IMG/VR virus record: IMGVR_UViG_3300044987_001206
Location: 1 to 36,455 of that record
From: a virus
Lineage: Duplodnaviria > Caudoviricetes
Length of the DNA stretch: 36,455 nucleotides
Direction: 5' to 3' (one strand)
A program made the position numbers and the translations under genes. Positions 16,899-24,423 of the stretch are shown here, piece by piece (positions within the stretch are counted from its first letter, which is position 1; each line of letters opens with the position of its first letter). Under the pieces are notes generated by a model. It ran no database searches. It saw only the letters and a list, made by a program, of their open reading frames with translations, and had not been told where the DNA came from.

Positions 16899-17285
16899 GA
16901 CACCCGACACCCGCCTTCCTTCCTTCCTAGGCCGCTTGCCGCTTGCCGCTTGTCTAACAGTAGGCCATCGGTTTTTCCTTCCTTCCTTTGCCCATAGTCT
17001 CGGTTCCTGATTTAACACTAGGCGACCAGGATACCCCCCTAGGACATCCAATGTCCGACCCCGCTATTGGCCTTGGACATCCCGTGTCCGACCCCGTTAC
17101 ACCCGTCCAGGATCCCGCCCATGTGCGCCCCCCCCAGGCATCGAACCTCATGGTGCGGTATTCGGGATTCTCCATACGCCATACGGAATTCGGAATTCGG
17201 AATTCCAGAATCGGGAATCGGGAAATCCGGAATCATGGTGCGGTCGAGTAGGCCAATCCAAGCGGTCCTGTTCTAAGCGGTCCAA
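16899..17285. repeat. Non-coding region of short tandem and dispersed repeats
   Basis: GACACCC x2, GCCGCTT x3, CCTTCCTTCC x2, GGACATCCNNTGTCCGACCCCG x2, TCATGGTGCGGT x2, CCATACG x2, GGAATTC x3 plus GAATC variants, AAGCGGTCC x2. Confidence 0.85.
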
Positions 17286-17422
17286 CCCCCGTTCCGCTCC
17301 CTACACTCCATCCAGCCATCAAACCCTCTCCTAGACCCCTCCAAGCTCCAGCAATCGACATCCATATCCATCCATCACAACCGCCTTATACCCGATACTT
17401 CGTAATCAGTAGAGGGTCATTC

Positions 17423-17528
17423 AAAAACTGCAGCCGCAGCGTGGGGGCCTTCAAAGCCCCCGAAAAGCTTGCGGCGTAAGCAGTTTTTAACTCCCTAGTA
17501 GAGGGAGTGTGAATCTCCCTCTAGGGAG
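17423..17528. other. Palindrome cluster, candidate replication origin
   Basis: Nested inverted repeats AAAAACTGC/GCAGTTTTT, GCCGCA/TGCGGC, GGGGGC/GCCCCC, then CTCCCT/AGGGAG pairs; at the GC-skew switch. Confidence 0.5.
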
Positions 17529-17586
17529 AGTAGTAGTGGCTATGGTAACTCTTTGGGGTGCACTGCAAAATCAACATTCCTTTATC

Positions 17587-17615
17587 TTGACGCTGGATCG
17601 TCCATGACGCAATTT
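17587..17615 (+). promoter_or_regulatory. Putative promoter for 17625-18254
   Basis: TTGACG-17 nt-CAATTT, with ATG 9 nt downstream. Confidence 0.4.
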
Positions 17616-17624
17616 GCTCTTGCT

Positions 17625-18254
17625 ATGAGTTATCTGGACAATGGTTCCACGCTTCGGTCGATGTTCCGACTGACGCCCCCGCAACGCCATGACATCGACC
17701 CGGCTAAGTCCGAGGTTCTGGCCTACATAATGTCGAATCTCGCCTGTGAGCTTGGTCGAGCGATCCGTGCCTTCAATTCCATGAGGAACAAGAAGTCTCA
17801 AGTCCTTGTTTATGACATGGTTCATCGGCAGTGGCGTGGGTGTGACTGGGTTCCTCCGCAGGATGAGGACAAGGTTTCGTTGCTCTTGAGAACCATCAAT
17901 GACCTCAAGCGTGATGTTGCGTATCTGAAGACCGCGGTGAAGAAGCATGAACGATCGATTGGCCAACTCGAAAGGAAGCGTTCGGGTAAGCGTAAGGAGG
18001 AGGATGAATCGAAGAAGGAGGAGGAGGCTCCTAGCTACGAACCCGTCGTCGATGAAACATTGATGGAAGCAGCGAAAAAAGCCTCTGCCGAGGAGGAAGA
18101 GGCTGGTGGAGAAGACTGGTGGAAAGCTATGCGCGCCGCCTTGGCCGATGTGGAGGTGGTTGCGGCTCCTTCAGTTGCGCCCCGGTCATTAGCATCGGGT
18201 TCCACTGCTCCCACAGAATACCCTTGGGAGAATGCTGAAGATGAAGTGAGCTAG
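17625..18254 (+). CDS. Hypothetical protein: globular N-domain, coiled coil, acidic tail
   Basis: 209 aa from ATG 17625; 3' end overlaps the primase-helicase gene antisense by 128 bp. Confidence 0.6.
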   Translation: MSYLDNGSTLRSMFRLTPPQRHDIDPAKSEVLAYIMSNLACELGRAIRAFNSMRNKKSQVLVYDMVHRQWRGCDWVPPQDEDKVSLLLRTINDLKRDVAYLKTAVKKHERSIGQLERKRSGKRKEEDESKKEEEAPSYEPVVDETLMEAAKKASAEEEEAGGEDWWKAMRAALADVEVVAAPSVAPRSLASGSTAPTEYPWENAEDEVS

Positions 18255-19911
18255 ACTGGAGCCGCGATCCGCGCTTGCAGAAGGCCAACTGGAACCTTCT
18301 AGGTTTGTTTTGGCCTACCTCATGCAGAACCGCTATCTCACGCGCCCAGTTGGCGAGTTCGGAGGAGCCGAAGCCTGAGTGGGCCAGTTCCATTGTGGTG
18401 AGTGGTTCATTGCTTTCCTTACGCTGAGGTTTGGCAACGTGATGCATCCAGATCCAAGCGACCTTGGTCTCGTGTAGGATGGGCTGGAGTTTGTTGCGAA
18501 GGAACACGCTGACCTCGCCCTGGTCCGAAAGGTCACCGCCGAAGTAGCTGAATAGTGGATCGGCCACGATGACATCGAGCTTGGATTTGTGGATGAACCG
18601 GCGGGCGTAGGCGAGGAACTGGTCACCGGTACGGACGGCTTCGGTGCGGAAGTGGAGGTTTTCTTGGAGGATAGCGATCTCGCTGACGCTCATGTTGAGT
18701 CCTTTGATGACCCCGCGGAAGGCTTCGGCGAGGTCACCCTTGTCGTTCTCGGCCTGGATGACTCCGATCTTCAATCGCTTCACCGGCTTGATCCCGAAGA
18801 ATTCGAGGCCGAGGCACCAGCGGATGACGATCTGCATCATGAGGCTGGACTTCCCGATCCCGGTACCACCGCTGATGATCATGGAGGAGCCGCGGGTGAG
18901 CCAGCGTTTGCCGATCAGGTTGTCGGGATCGTTGTCTGGATCGAAGTTGATGAGGTCTTTGATCGAGACCACCGTGGACTTGTCGTCATCGGTCTCCCGG
19001 GAGGTGAGGTAGTCTTCCCATGAAGCGGAGCCGAGGTTAGTGGCCAGCAGCTTTTGCTGGGATACAGGACTACGCCATGCGCCCGGGAGCCGGGAGTAGC
19101 GCGAGGGGTTCTTGTTCTTGGCATCGATGCCCGGGATCGACGAGTAGATGATATCCCGGCGGATGTCCCACTCCTTGCGGTTGGGCGCATCTACGCGGAC
19201 CCAGGCATGGATACTCTTACCACCGCTATCGATGAGTACGGTGATCGGGAGGCCAGAATCGCGGAAGAGCTTCTCCTGTTCAGCCTTGGGCTTGTCATCG
19301 AACTCCACCAGGACATGGCGGTACGCGCTGACATCGTTGTCGCTGCCGCTGTAGAGGTTGGGTTTGAAGGGATTGATGCGAACAAAGATCCCCTCGCGTT
19401 CCGGTGATAGGATGCGGGATGCCGGATCATCGAAGCGAGCGATCCATTCCTCGATGGGGATGAATGATCCAGCGGTGACTGGCCTACCCTCCTCGACGGC
19501 ATCACAGATACAGACCACCTCGGTGGGAGCGAAGGCGGCTTGAAGGAACCGCTTGAACTCGCTGGCTTGAGGATCGGGCGCAACCGCTGGTGACGGTCGC
19601 TTGAAGGATACCTTGGTGATATCGAATGGAGCGGTTGAGGGGGATACCCCTGATTGAAGGAGATGGCCGGCTGGTTTGGAGTGAGACTTGGAAGCGGCCT
19701 CGCGGAGCTTGTGGATGAGTTCGCGATCGGACCAAGGTGGTTGGCAGGATTGATTCCAGCTTGAGAGCAGGGCTAGAGAGTCCGCCTCGGATAGCTGGAA
19801 GCCGTGTACGAGACCGACGGCAGCGGTGTAGGTAGTTGAGTGTCCGGACTGACCGGAGACGGCTGGCGGCACCTTGGAAAGCCAAAGGGCCGCACGTTGG
19901 TGCGGTGTCAT
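18127..19911 (-). CDS. Primase-helicase (PriCT-like + AEP/RepB'-type primase + RepA/AAA_25 SF4 helicase)
   Basis: WNQSCQPPWSDREL; LVEFDD, SGGKSIHAW, SRLPG; Walker A GGTGIGKS, Walker B IVADP, HH..K, GSS. Confidence 0.88.
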   Translation of the reverse strand: MTPHQRAALWLSKVPPAVSGQSGHSTTYTAAVGLVHGFQLSEADSLALLSSWNQSCQPPWSDRELIHKLREAASKSHSKPAGHLLQSGVSPSTAPFDITKVSFKRPSPAVAPDPQASEFKRFLQAAFAPTEVVCICDAVEEGRPVTAGSFIPIEEWIARFDDPASRILSPEREGIFVRINPFKPNLYSGSDNDVSAYRHVLVEFDDKPKAEQEKLFRDSGLPITVLIDSGGKSIHAWVRVDAPNRKEWDIRRDIIYSSIPGIDAKNKNPSRYSRLPGAWRSPVSQQKLLATNLGSASWEDYLTSRETDDDKSTVVSIKDLINFDPDNDPDNLIGKRWLTRGSSMIISGGTGIGKSSLMMQIVIRWCLGLEFFGIKPVKRLKIGVIQAENDKGDLAEAFRGVIKGLNMSVSEIAILQENLHFRTEAVRTGDQFLAYARRFIHKSKLDVIVADPLFSYFGGDLSDQGEVSVFLRNKLQPILHETKVAWIWMHHVAKPQRKESNEPLTTMELAHSGFGSSELANWAREIAVLHEVGQNKPRRFQLAFCKRGSRLQSSSLHLQHSPKGILWEQWNPMLMTGAQLKEPQPPPHRPRRRA

Positions 19912-19943
19912 ATCGTTGTTTGTTTGGGACCGATCGTTGGGGG

Positions 19944-20069
19944 CTACTTCATCTTGTCTATCTTCATCAGCCGTTTGATGGCTTGAGTTTTGGGGGAATA
20001 GGTTCCGGTCTTCTTGGTGCTGGTCTTGGCGGTCTTCTTGGCGGCGGGCTTGGCTTTAGCTTTCTTCAT
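19944..20069 (-). CDS. Lys/Ala-rich basic mini-protein
   Basis: MKKAKAKPAAKKTAKTSTKK..., 41 aa. Confidence 0.5.
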   Translation of the reverse strand: MKKAKAKPAAKKTAKTSTKKTGTYSPKTQAIKRLMKIDKMK

Positions 20070-20256
20070 AGGGTTTGAATTTGGTGTGGAATTCCGAGGT
20101 GAGGCGAACGTAGATGTTGCTGCCTCTTTGGTAGATGATGACGGGAGCTTTGAGTTCTGCGAGCCGATACTGGCCAACATGAAGGACTGTGACTACGACT
20201 CCAGAGTTGGATCGATTGACGAACCGGGAGGGTGGGAGAGCTGAGGGATTTTCCAT
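20056..20256 (-). CDS. Small beta protein (DUF1653-like)
   Basis: VIIYQ....YVR...EF..KF motif. Confidence 0.45.
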   Translation of the reverse strand: MENPSALPPSRFVNRSNSGVVVTVLHVGQYRLAELKAPVIIYQRGSNIYVRLTSEFHTKFKPYEES

Positions 20257-20453
20257 ATGCGACGTTCTATTGGTTCGGGGTAAGCGATCCAGCCTTTAGC
20301 GATGCCCCAAGCAATTATCTGAGCGGACTGCTCGATGAGCCGGCGGTTCTCATCGGTGATGATGGTTCGTTCTTCTTCGGTTATGGGACCAGGTTTCTTG
20401 TTATTTGAGAGGCGGGATTCGTACCAGGGTTGCTCTTGCCTTGGGGTCTTCAT
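20193..20453 (-). CDS. Hypothetical protein
   Basis: ATGA-coupled start MKTPRQEQPWY. Confidence 0.5.
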   Translation of the reverse strand: MKTPRQEQPWYESRLSNNKKPGPITEEERTIITDENRRLIEQSAQIIAWGIAKGWIAYPEPIERRIWKIPQLSHPPGSSIDPTLES

Positions 20454-20695
20454 GCGGTGATGAGGCGTGCAAGGATACAGTTGCAGTAGGAACCCTTGGT
20501 CTTGGCGTTGCATCGACCATGATGCACAGGGTTGGAGATGATGTGTGCTGTAAGGTCGCTCGTGAGCTGGACCAGCTCAAGGAGACGAGTGGATGCTTCT
20601 GCACAGAGCGCATTGGGGATTCCATCTTGGGTATCTAGTTCGGCTGATAGGATATTGAGCGCGTTGACGAGGTCGTGTGTTGAGGACTGTTTCAT
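20450..20695 (-). CDS. Hypothetical protein with C-terminal H/C metal motif
   Basis: ATGA-coupled start; H..RC......CNC. Confidence 0.55.
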   Translation of the reverse strand: MKQSSTHDLVNALNILSAELDTQDGIPNALCAEASTRLLELVQLTSDLTAHIISNPVHHGRCNAKTKGSYCNCILARLITA

Positions 20696-20952
20696 TTTTG
20701 TTTGTGGACTACGAGTCCGTTGCCTTTGGAATCAACCAGTTCTACGGATCGAACGCTCTCCATGCGGGCCAAGGTCTTGATCATCTCGATGGGATCATGG
20801 GCTTGGGACACGCAAGTGAGGTGGATATCACCATCTCCGTAGTTGGTCTTTAGATTCTCTTCGGTTCGATCACGCCGCACTCGGATGGTTCGTCCATCTG
20901 AGAGATGGACCACCTTGATGGATTCGACGAGTAAGAATGCGTGACGGCTCAT
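20692..20952 (-). CDS. Hypothetical protein
   Basis: 86 aa, ATGA overlaps at both ends. Confidence 0.55.
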   Translation of the reverse strand: MSRHAFLLVESIKVVHLSDGRTIRVRRDRTEENLKTNYGDGDIHLTCVSQAHDPIEMIKTLARMESVRSVELVDSKGNGLVVHKQK

Positions 20953-21326
20953 TGCTTGGAGGTTTTACCGCAATGGGGGCAGTGCCGGCCTAGACCGGGA
21001 TCGGCGGGTAGAGTACCAAGCCACGAGCACAGATCGTGGTAGGATCGAACACCGAAGTTCGGCCACTTGAACGGTACGATGTCACGGGTATGGATTGCAT
21101 GGATGGCGGTCTCCTTGTCTTTGATCCCAAGCTTCTCCATCAAGTTCGCGTTGCGAGAACTGAGACCGGCGGTCCATTTGTTATTCGAGGCATCCCGCTT
21201 CTTGCCGGCGGCGATGATCTGGAACACCCGTTGCTTTGAGATGTTTAACTCTGCACCGATAGCTTTGTAGGTAAGTCCCTTAACCCTGAATTCTCTTACC
21301 TTATCGATTGAATCGTTGGTTTTCAT
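20949..21326 (-). CDS. Sigma70 region-4-like HTH fused to RNAP alpha-CTD-like domain and CPHCG knuckle
   Basis: GLTYKAIGAELNISKQRVFQI; GLSSRNANLMEKLGI...PNFGVRSYHDL; start could alternatively be at 21500. Confidence 0.7.
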   Translation of the reverse strand: MKTNDSIDKVREFRVKGLTYKAIGAELNISKQRVFQIIAAGKKRDASNNKWTAGLSSRNANLMEKLGIKDKETAIHAIHTRDIVPFKWPNFGVRSYHDLCSWLGTLPADPGLGRHCPHCGKTSKQ

Positions 21327-21373
21327 GTATGTATGTTTGAGATACTTTCTTTTTTTCTTCTTTGGTTCTTTAT

Positions 21374-21550
21374 CTATTGCAACGGTATCTGGACCGCTCG
21401 ATACCGTTTCTGTGCTTTGTGGCACTGGACGCACAGGCCGGTTTGAGTTGTGCATCCGCATCCCAAGCATGCGGCCAATTCGTGACATAACAGTTTCCAT
21501 CGTTGTAGTTCCTCTATTGTTTGTTTGGTTGTTTGTTCTTGATGTTCCAT
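21374..21550 (-). CDS. Small Cys-rich protein
   Basis: MEHQEQ...CHELAACLGCGC...CVQC; overlaps the alternative N-extension of the downstream gene. Confidence 0.4.
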   Translation of the reverse strand: MEHQEQTTKQTIEELQRWKLLCHELAACLGCGCTTQTGLCVQCHKAQKRYRAVQIPLQ

Positions 21551-21756
21551 ACGCATGAATGCGAGATACCGTATTTCTTGGCCAACTCTCTGTAGGTGAA
21601 TGTTGAGTTATCCTTTAGAATGGATTCCCGAATCTTTGCTGGAACAGCTTCCCACCGCCGGCAGATCAATGGATCAGGGGCTTTGAAGGCGGGAACTGGT
21701 CCCAACATCTTCGCCATTGACTCCTTCGTCAACCCTAATTCTTGAAGTAGACTCAT
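21514..21756 (-). CDS. HTH DNA-binding protein
   Basis: TYRELAKKYGISHSCVWNIKN. Confidence 0.7.
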   Translation of the reverse strand: MSLLQELGLTKESMAKMLGPVPAFKAPDPLICRRWEAVPAKIRESILKDNSTFTYRELAKKYGISHSCVWNIKNKQPNKQ

Positions 21757-21763
21757 TTTTAAT

Positions 21764-22276
21764 CTACTCGCTCTTCATGGGGGTGGACTGAACGCCATTA
21801 TAGGCCACTGTCTTCGGCCTATAGATGCCCACTTGTTCCGTTTCCTCGACCCAGGAAGGACCGCCGCGGACATGGAATATGCAGGAAGACATTCCGTTCC
21901 ATGATTTTGTAGATGACTTGGCCGAGGTGTAGGCCGATCCGAACGTAGCGTTCAGATCGTCACTGCTCATAGCCTTAACATTGGCCCAGTCGATGTCGCC
22001 CTCGTGCCACAACTTGAATCCTAGTTCCAAAGGCGCGACTACCTCTGCGATGCCGGGGAAATGCCACGCCCACTCGTCGTGCGATGATGCATCGCCGCTC
22101 ATCACGGCGTAGCACTGGTAGTTGCCCAGCGGTACGGAGCCGCTGCCCCAGTCGCAGCTCTCGCCCGGTTTGAGGACCGCGCTCCTAGTAGGATGATCGT
22201 TGCATTTGGGCTGCTCAAAAAGAGCAACAAGGACAGGGACTTCGGTCTGATTTTCGATCTTGATGTGTGTGCTCAT
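21764..22276 (-). CDS. Hypothetical beta-rich protein
   Basis: Start MSTHIKIENQT after a CAA-rich leader; 170 aa. Confidence 0.6.
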   Translation of the reverse strand: MSTHIKIENQTEVPVLVALFEQPKCNDHPTRSAVLKPGESCDWGSGSVPLGNYQCYAVMSGDASSHDEWAWHFPGIAEVVAPLELGFKLWHEGDIDWANVKAMSSDDLNATFGSAYTSAKSSTKSWNGMSSCIFHVRGGPSWVEETEQVGIYRPKTVAYNGVQSTPMKSE

Positions 22277-22295
22277 GTTAGTAGGTGTTTGATTG

Positions 22296-22844
22296 TTATT
22301 CGCAGGAGAAGATGGTGTCTGACCGGACAATCCCGGCAGGCCAAGTTGGCGGTGTGGTGCAGAATGATTTGTCGATGACCAGCACCTTGTCGGTGGGCTG
22401 GATCGTGAGGTTGTCGCAGTAGGTGCGGATGAAGGTAAACTCCTTAGCTTGCGACGGGTTATCGCTGAAGCCGTCGTCCACTGGCGCGGCGGTGAAAAGG
22501 TAAGATCCGTTGACTTCTCCTCCGCAAACCTTAGCAGCGAGGTCCATGCCTCGCAGGAATGTGTATTCGATTGTGGCGAACTTCCATCCATAACAATCCC
22601 ACCGCTGGGCCTGTTCGATGGCCCACTCACCTGGGTCAGTGCTGAAGGCGATGGCGTGAGGTGGTAAGCCTCGATATATGGCACCGGACTCCAGCATCAC
22701 GGTGCAGCCCCAAGCGCGGCCTGGTGTTGATGATAACGAGAACCAGATAGCAGGAATCATTGCCCCGGTAGGTTCTTTCAATACGAACTTGTCTCGTACC
22801 CAGACGTACTGATGCTTAGGTAGTTCTCCAATGTGGCTAAACAT
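22296..22844 (-). CDS. Conserved aquatic-phage hypothetical protein
   Basis: PGRA...MLESGAIYRGLP, WDC, YLFT, QP motifs; 182 aa. Confidence 0.65.
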   Translation of the reverse strand: MFSHIGELPKHQYVWVRDKFVLKEPTGAMIPAIWFSLSSTPGRAWGCTVMLESGAIYRGLPPHAIAFSTDPGEWAIEQAQRWDCYGWKFATIEYTFLRGMDLAAKVCGGEVNGSYLFTAAPVDDGFSDNPSQAKEFTFIRTYCDNLTIQPTDKVLVIDKSFCTTPPTWPAGIVRSDTIFSCE

Positions 22845-22845
22845 A

Positions 22846-23040
22846 TTAGCTCAGTAGGTGTTTGATGATCTGATTCCGATCTTTGATCGTCGCTCTCAAG
22901 ATGCTCTCCAGAACAACGTGAGGGTTGATTGTCGCAACGTGTTTCCATTCTGGATTTCCATCGATGTGCTTGGCTGTATCCAGACTTTCTACGCGAACGA
23001 TGCCGTTAAATGCGTGGACGTAGATGAATGCGGGGTTCAT
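22846..23040 (-). CDS. Hypothetical protein
   Basis: ATGA-coupled start MNPAFIY. Confidence 0.5.
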   Translation of the reverse strand: MNPAFIYVHAFNGIVRVESLDTAKHIDGNPEWKHVATINPHVVLESILRATIKDRNQIIKHLLS

Positions 23041-23150
23041 GCCTTCCTTACCTTCTCCCGATGTCCGCAGATCGTGCAAACGTAGGTTTTTCCGCTCTTG
23101 GAGATGACAGCCACTCGGAAGCATCGCTCGCATTGGATGGTGTTGCTCAT
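23037..23150 (-). CDS. 37-aa zinc-ribbon protein
   Basis: CERC...CTICG; ATGA overlaps. Confidence 0.5.
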   Translation of the reverse strand: MSNTIQCERCFRVAVISKSGKTYVCTICGHREKVRKA

Positions 23151-23374
23151 GGCAACGGTCCTCCATTCTCCCACAGCAGCAGATCGGCGCGGAGAGCGTC
23201 GTTCTCCTGCTCTAGCTTGGTTATGATATCGCACAATCCAATAATCATTACCATGTTGGCCTCCGGTTTCTCAATCTGGTTGCGCTTGCAGATTTCAAGC
23301 CCTCGTTTCTCCGCATCCAACCCAACGTCCCGCCACGGTTCTTTGATAAAGGCGGCTATCTTAATAGTACTCAC
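23147..23374 (-). CDS. Hypothetical protein
   Basis: GTGA-coupled start with GGAGG upstream. Confidence 0.5.
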   Translation of the reverse strand: MSTIKIAAFIKEPWRDVGLDAEKRGLEICKRNQIEKPEANMVMIIGLCDIITKLEQENDALRADLLLWENGGPLP

Positions 23375-23619
23375 GGCTTGGCCTCCTTGGCTTTGTTCCA
23401 TCTGTTGCTGGAGTAATAATCACTGCAATATTTTTCCATCTCATCCCCAGCCTCCTCCAGCCGCTTGATGCGCTCATTGGCCGCGTTAAGTCCGCGTTCG
23501 ATGTCACAACCCACCTGCCAGATTTTGGCAAAGCCAGCATCAGGATGGTCTAAGAGTGCAGATTGCATTCTCGGCGTGTCGTGGATCATTTTCGTGGCGT
23601 CAGGAATATGATCGCTCAT
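23371..23619 (-). CDS. Hypothetical coiled-coil protein
   Basis: ATGA-coupled; DTPR...ERGLNAANERIKRLEEAGD. Confidence 0.55.
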   Translation of the reverse strand: MSDHIPDATKMIHDTPRMQSALLDHPDAGFAKIWQVGCDIERGLNAANERIKRLEEAGDEMEKYCSDYYSSNRWNKAKEAKP

Positions 23620-23804
23620 TTCGATTCCTTCCATTTAAACTGAGGTTTACCGCTTGTGTCGGCCACCCATTCGGCATGGCCTTTGATGACGGCTTCTTGT
23701 TGTACTTTATCAATTCCTCCAACAACTCCAATTCGGTTTGAAGCAAAAACAGAGATTATAACCGAAACAGCTATTGATATAATAAGAGGAGGGTTGTCTT
23801 TCAT
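23616..23804 (-). CDS. Small membrane-anchored protein
   Basis: Hydrophobic N-terminus; EAV..GHAEW......FKW. Confidence 0.55.
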   Translation of the reverse strand: MKDNPPLIISIAVSVIISVFASNRIGVVGGIDKVQQEAVIKGHAEWVADTSGKPQFKWKESK

Positions 23805-24079
23805 TTCGCCTTCTCCCTCGCTTTGAGCATTGCGTCGGCCAGTTGATAGGCACATTTGGAAATAGTATTAACATCAAAAGACTCGTATGCTTTCCACGCT
23901 ACTGGCAACGCACCCAATGCGAATAGGTCGCGCATGGTTGGGCCATCGTTGTGTTGTATTCCCGGTGGTGTCGGAAACGCTGGTCCGCCGTCGTTGATTG
24001 TTCCTCCTTTTATTGGAAAGTTTCCGATTCCCATGTCCTCACCTCGGAAAAATACGTTGGGGTTTGGTTGGTTGCTCAT
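23801..24079 (-). CDS. Widespread phage hypothetical (GGPAFP...RD.FA...AY..ADAML)
   Basis: Characteristic motif set; ATGA-coupled. Confidence 0.7.
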   Translation of the reverse strand: MSNQPNPNVFFRGEDMGIGNFPIKGGTINDGGPAFPTPPGIQHNDGPTMRDLFALGALPVAWKAYESFDVNTISKCAYQLADAMLKAREKAK

Positions 24080-24423
24080 TTCGATTCCTCCATCACTCCG
24101 CACGGGAGCCATGTTTTACCACCGTCGATGGAGTGTTCGTATTTTTCACACCAATCCTTTCTGTTCTCTTCGCCAGATGTGCGGTCGATCAACCAACGTG
24201 TTTTGGGGTATTCACGATTCCTCGCCTGCATTCCTAGCGGCACCTCATCCGCAGTCCACGGGCGGAGTTTAGCGGTGGGTTTGATGCGGTACTTTGTGTC
24301 GTCCCAGCCCCACCGAGGTACATAGAGCTTTACCCATATTCCGTTATACCGATGTTCCACTTCCTTCCCATCTACGAACGCCTGCATTACGCGGATGGCT
24401 TCTTTGGTTTCTTCGATGTTCAT
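24076..24423 (-). CDS. Widespread phage hypothetical protein
   Basis: MQAFVDGKEVE...P.W.W...YRIKP. Confidence 0.65.
   Translation of the reverse strand: MNIEETKEAIRVMQAFVDGKEVEHRYNGIWVKLYVPRWGWDDTKYRIKPTAKLRPWTADEVPLGMQARNREYPKTRWLIDRTSGEENRKDWCEKYEHSIDGGKTWLPCGVMEESK

Noticed and set aside
17042-17244. Possible mini-CRISPR array
   Set aside because: Only two copies of each box, with an 11-bp gap for the 22-mer; no regular repeat-spacer periodicity and no cas genes.
16768-17276. Several 65-89 aa ORFs on both strands across the repeat region
   Set aside because: They simply translate tandem repeats, lie beyond or across the terminator, and lack coupled starts.
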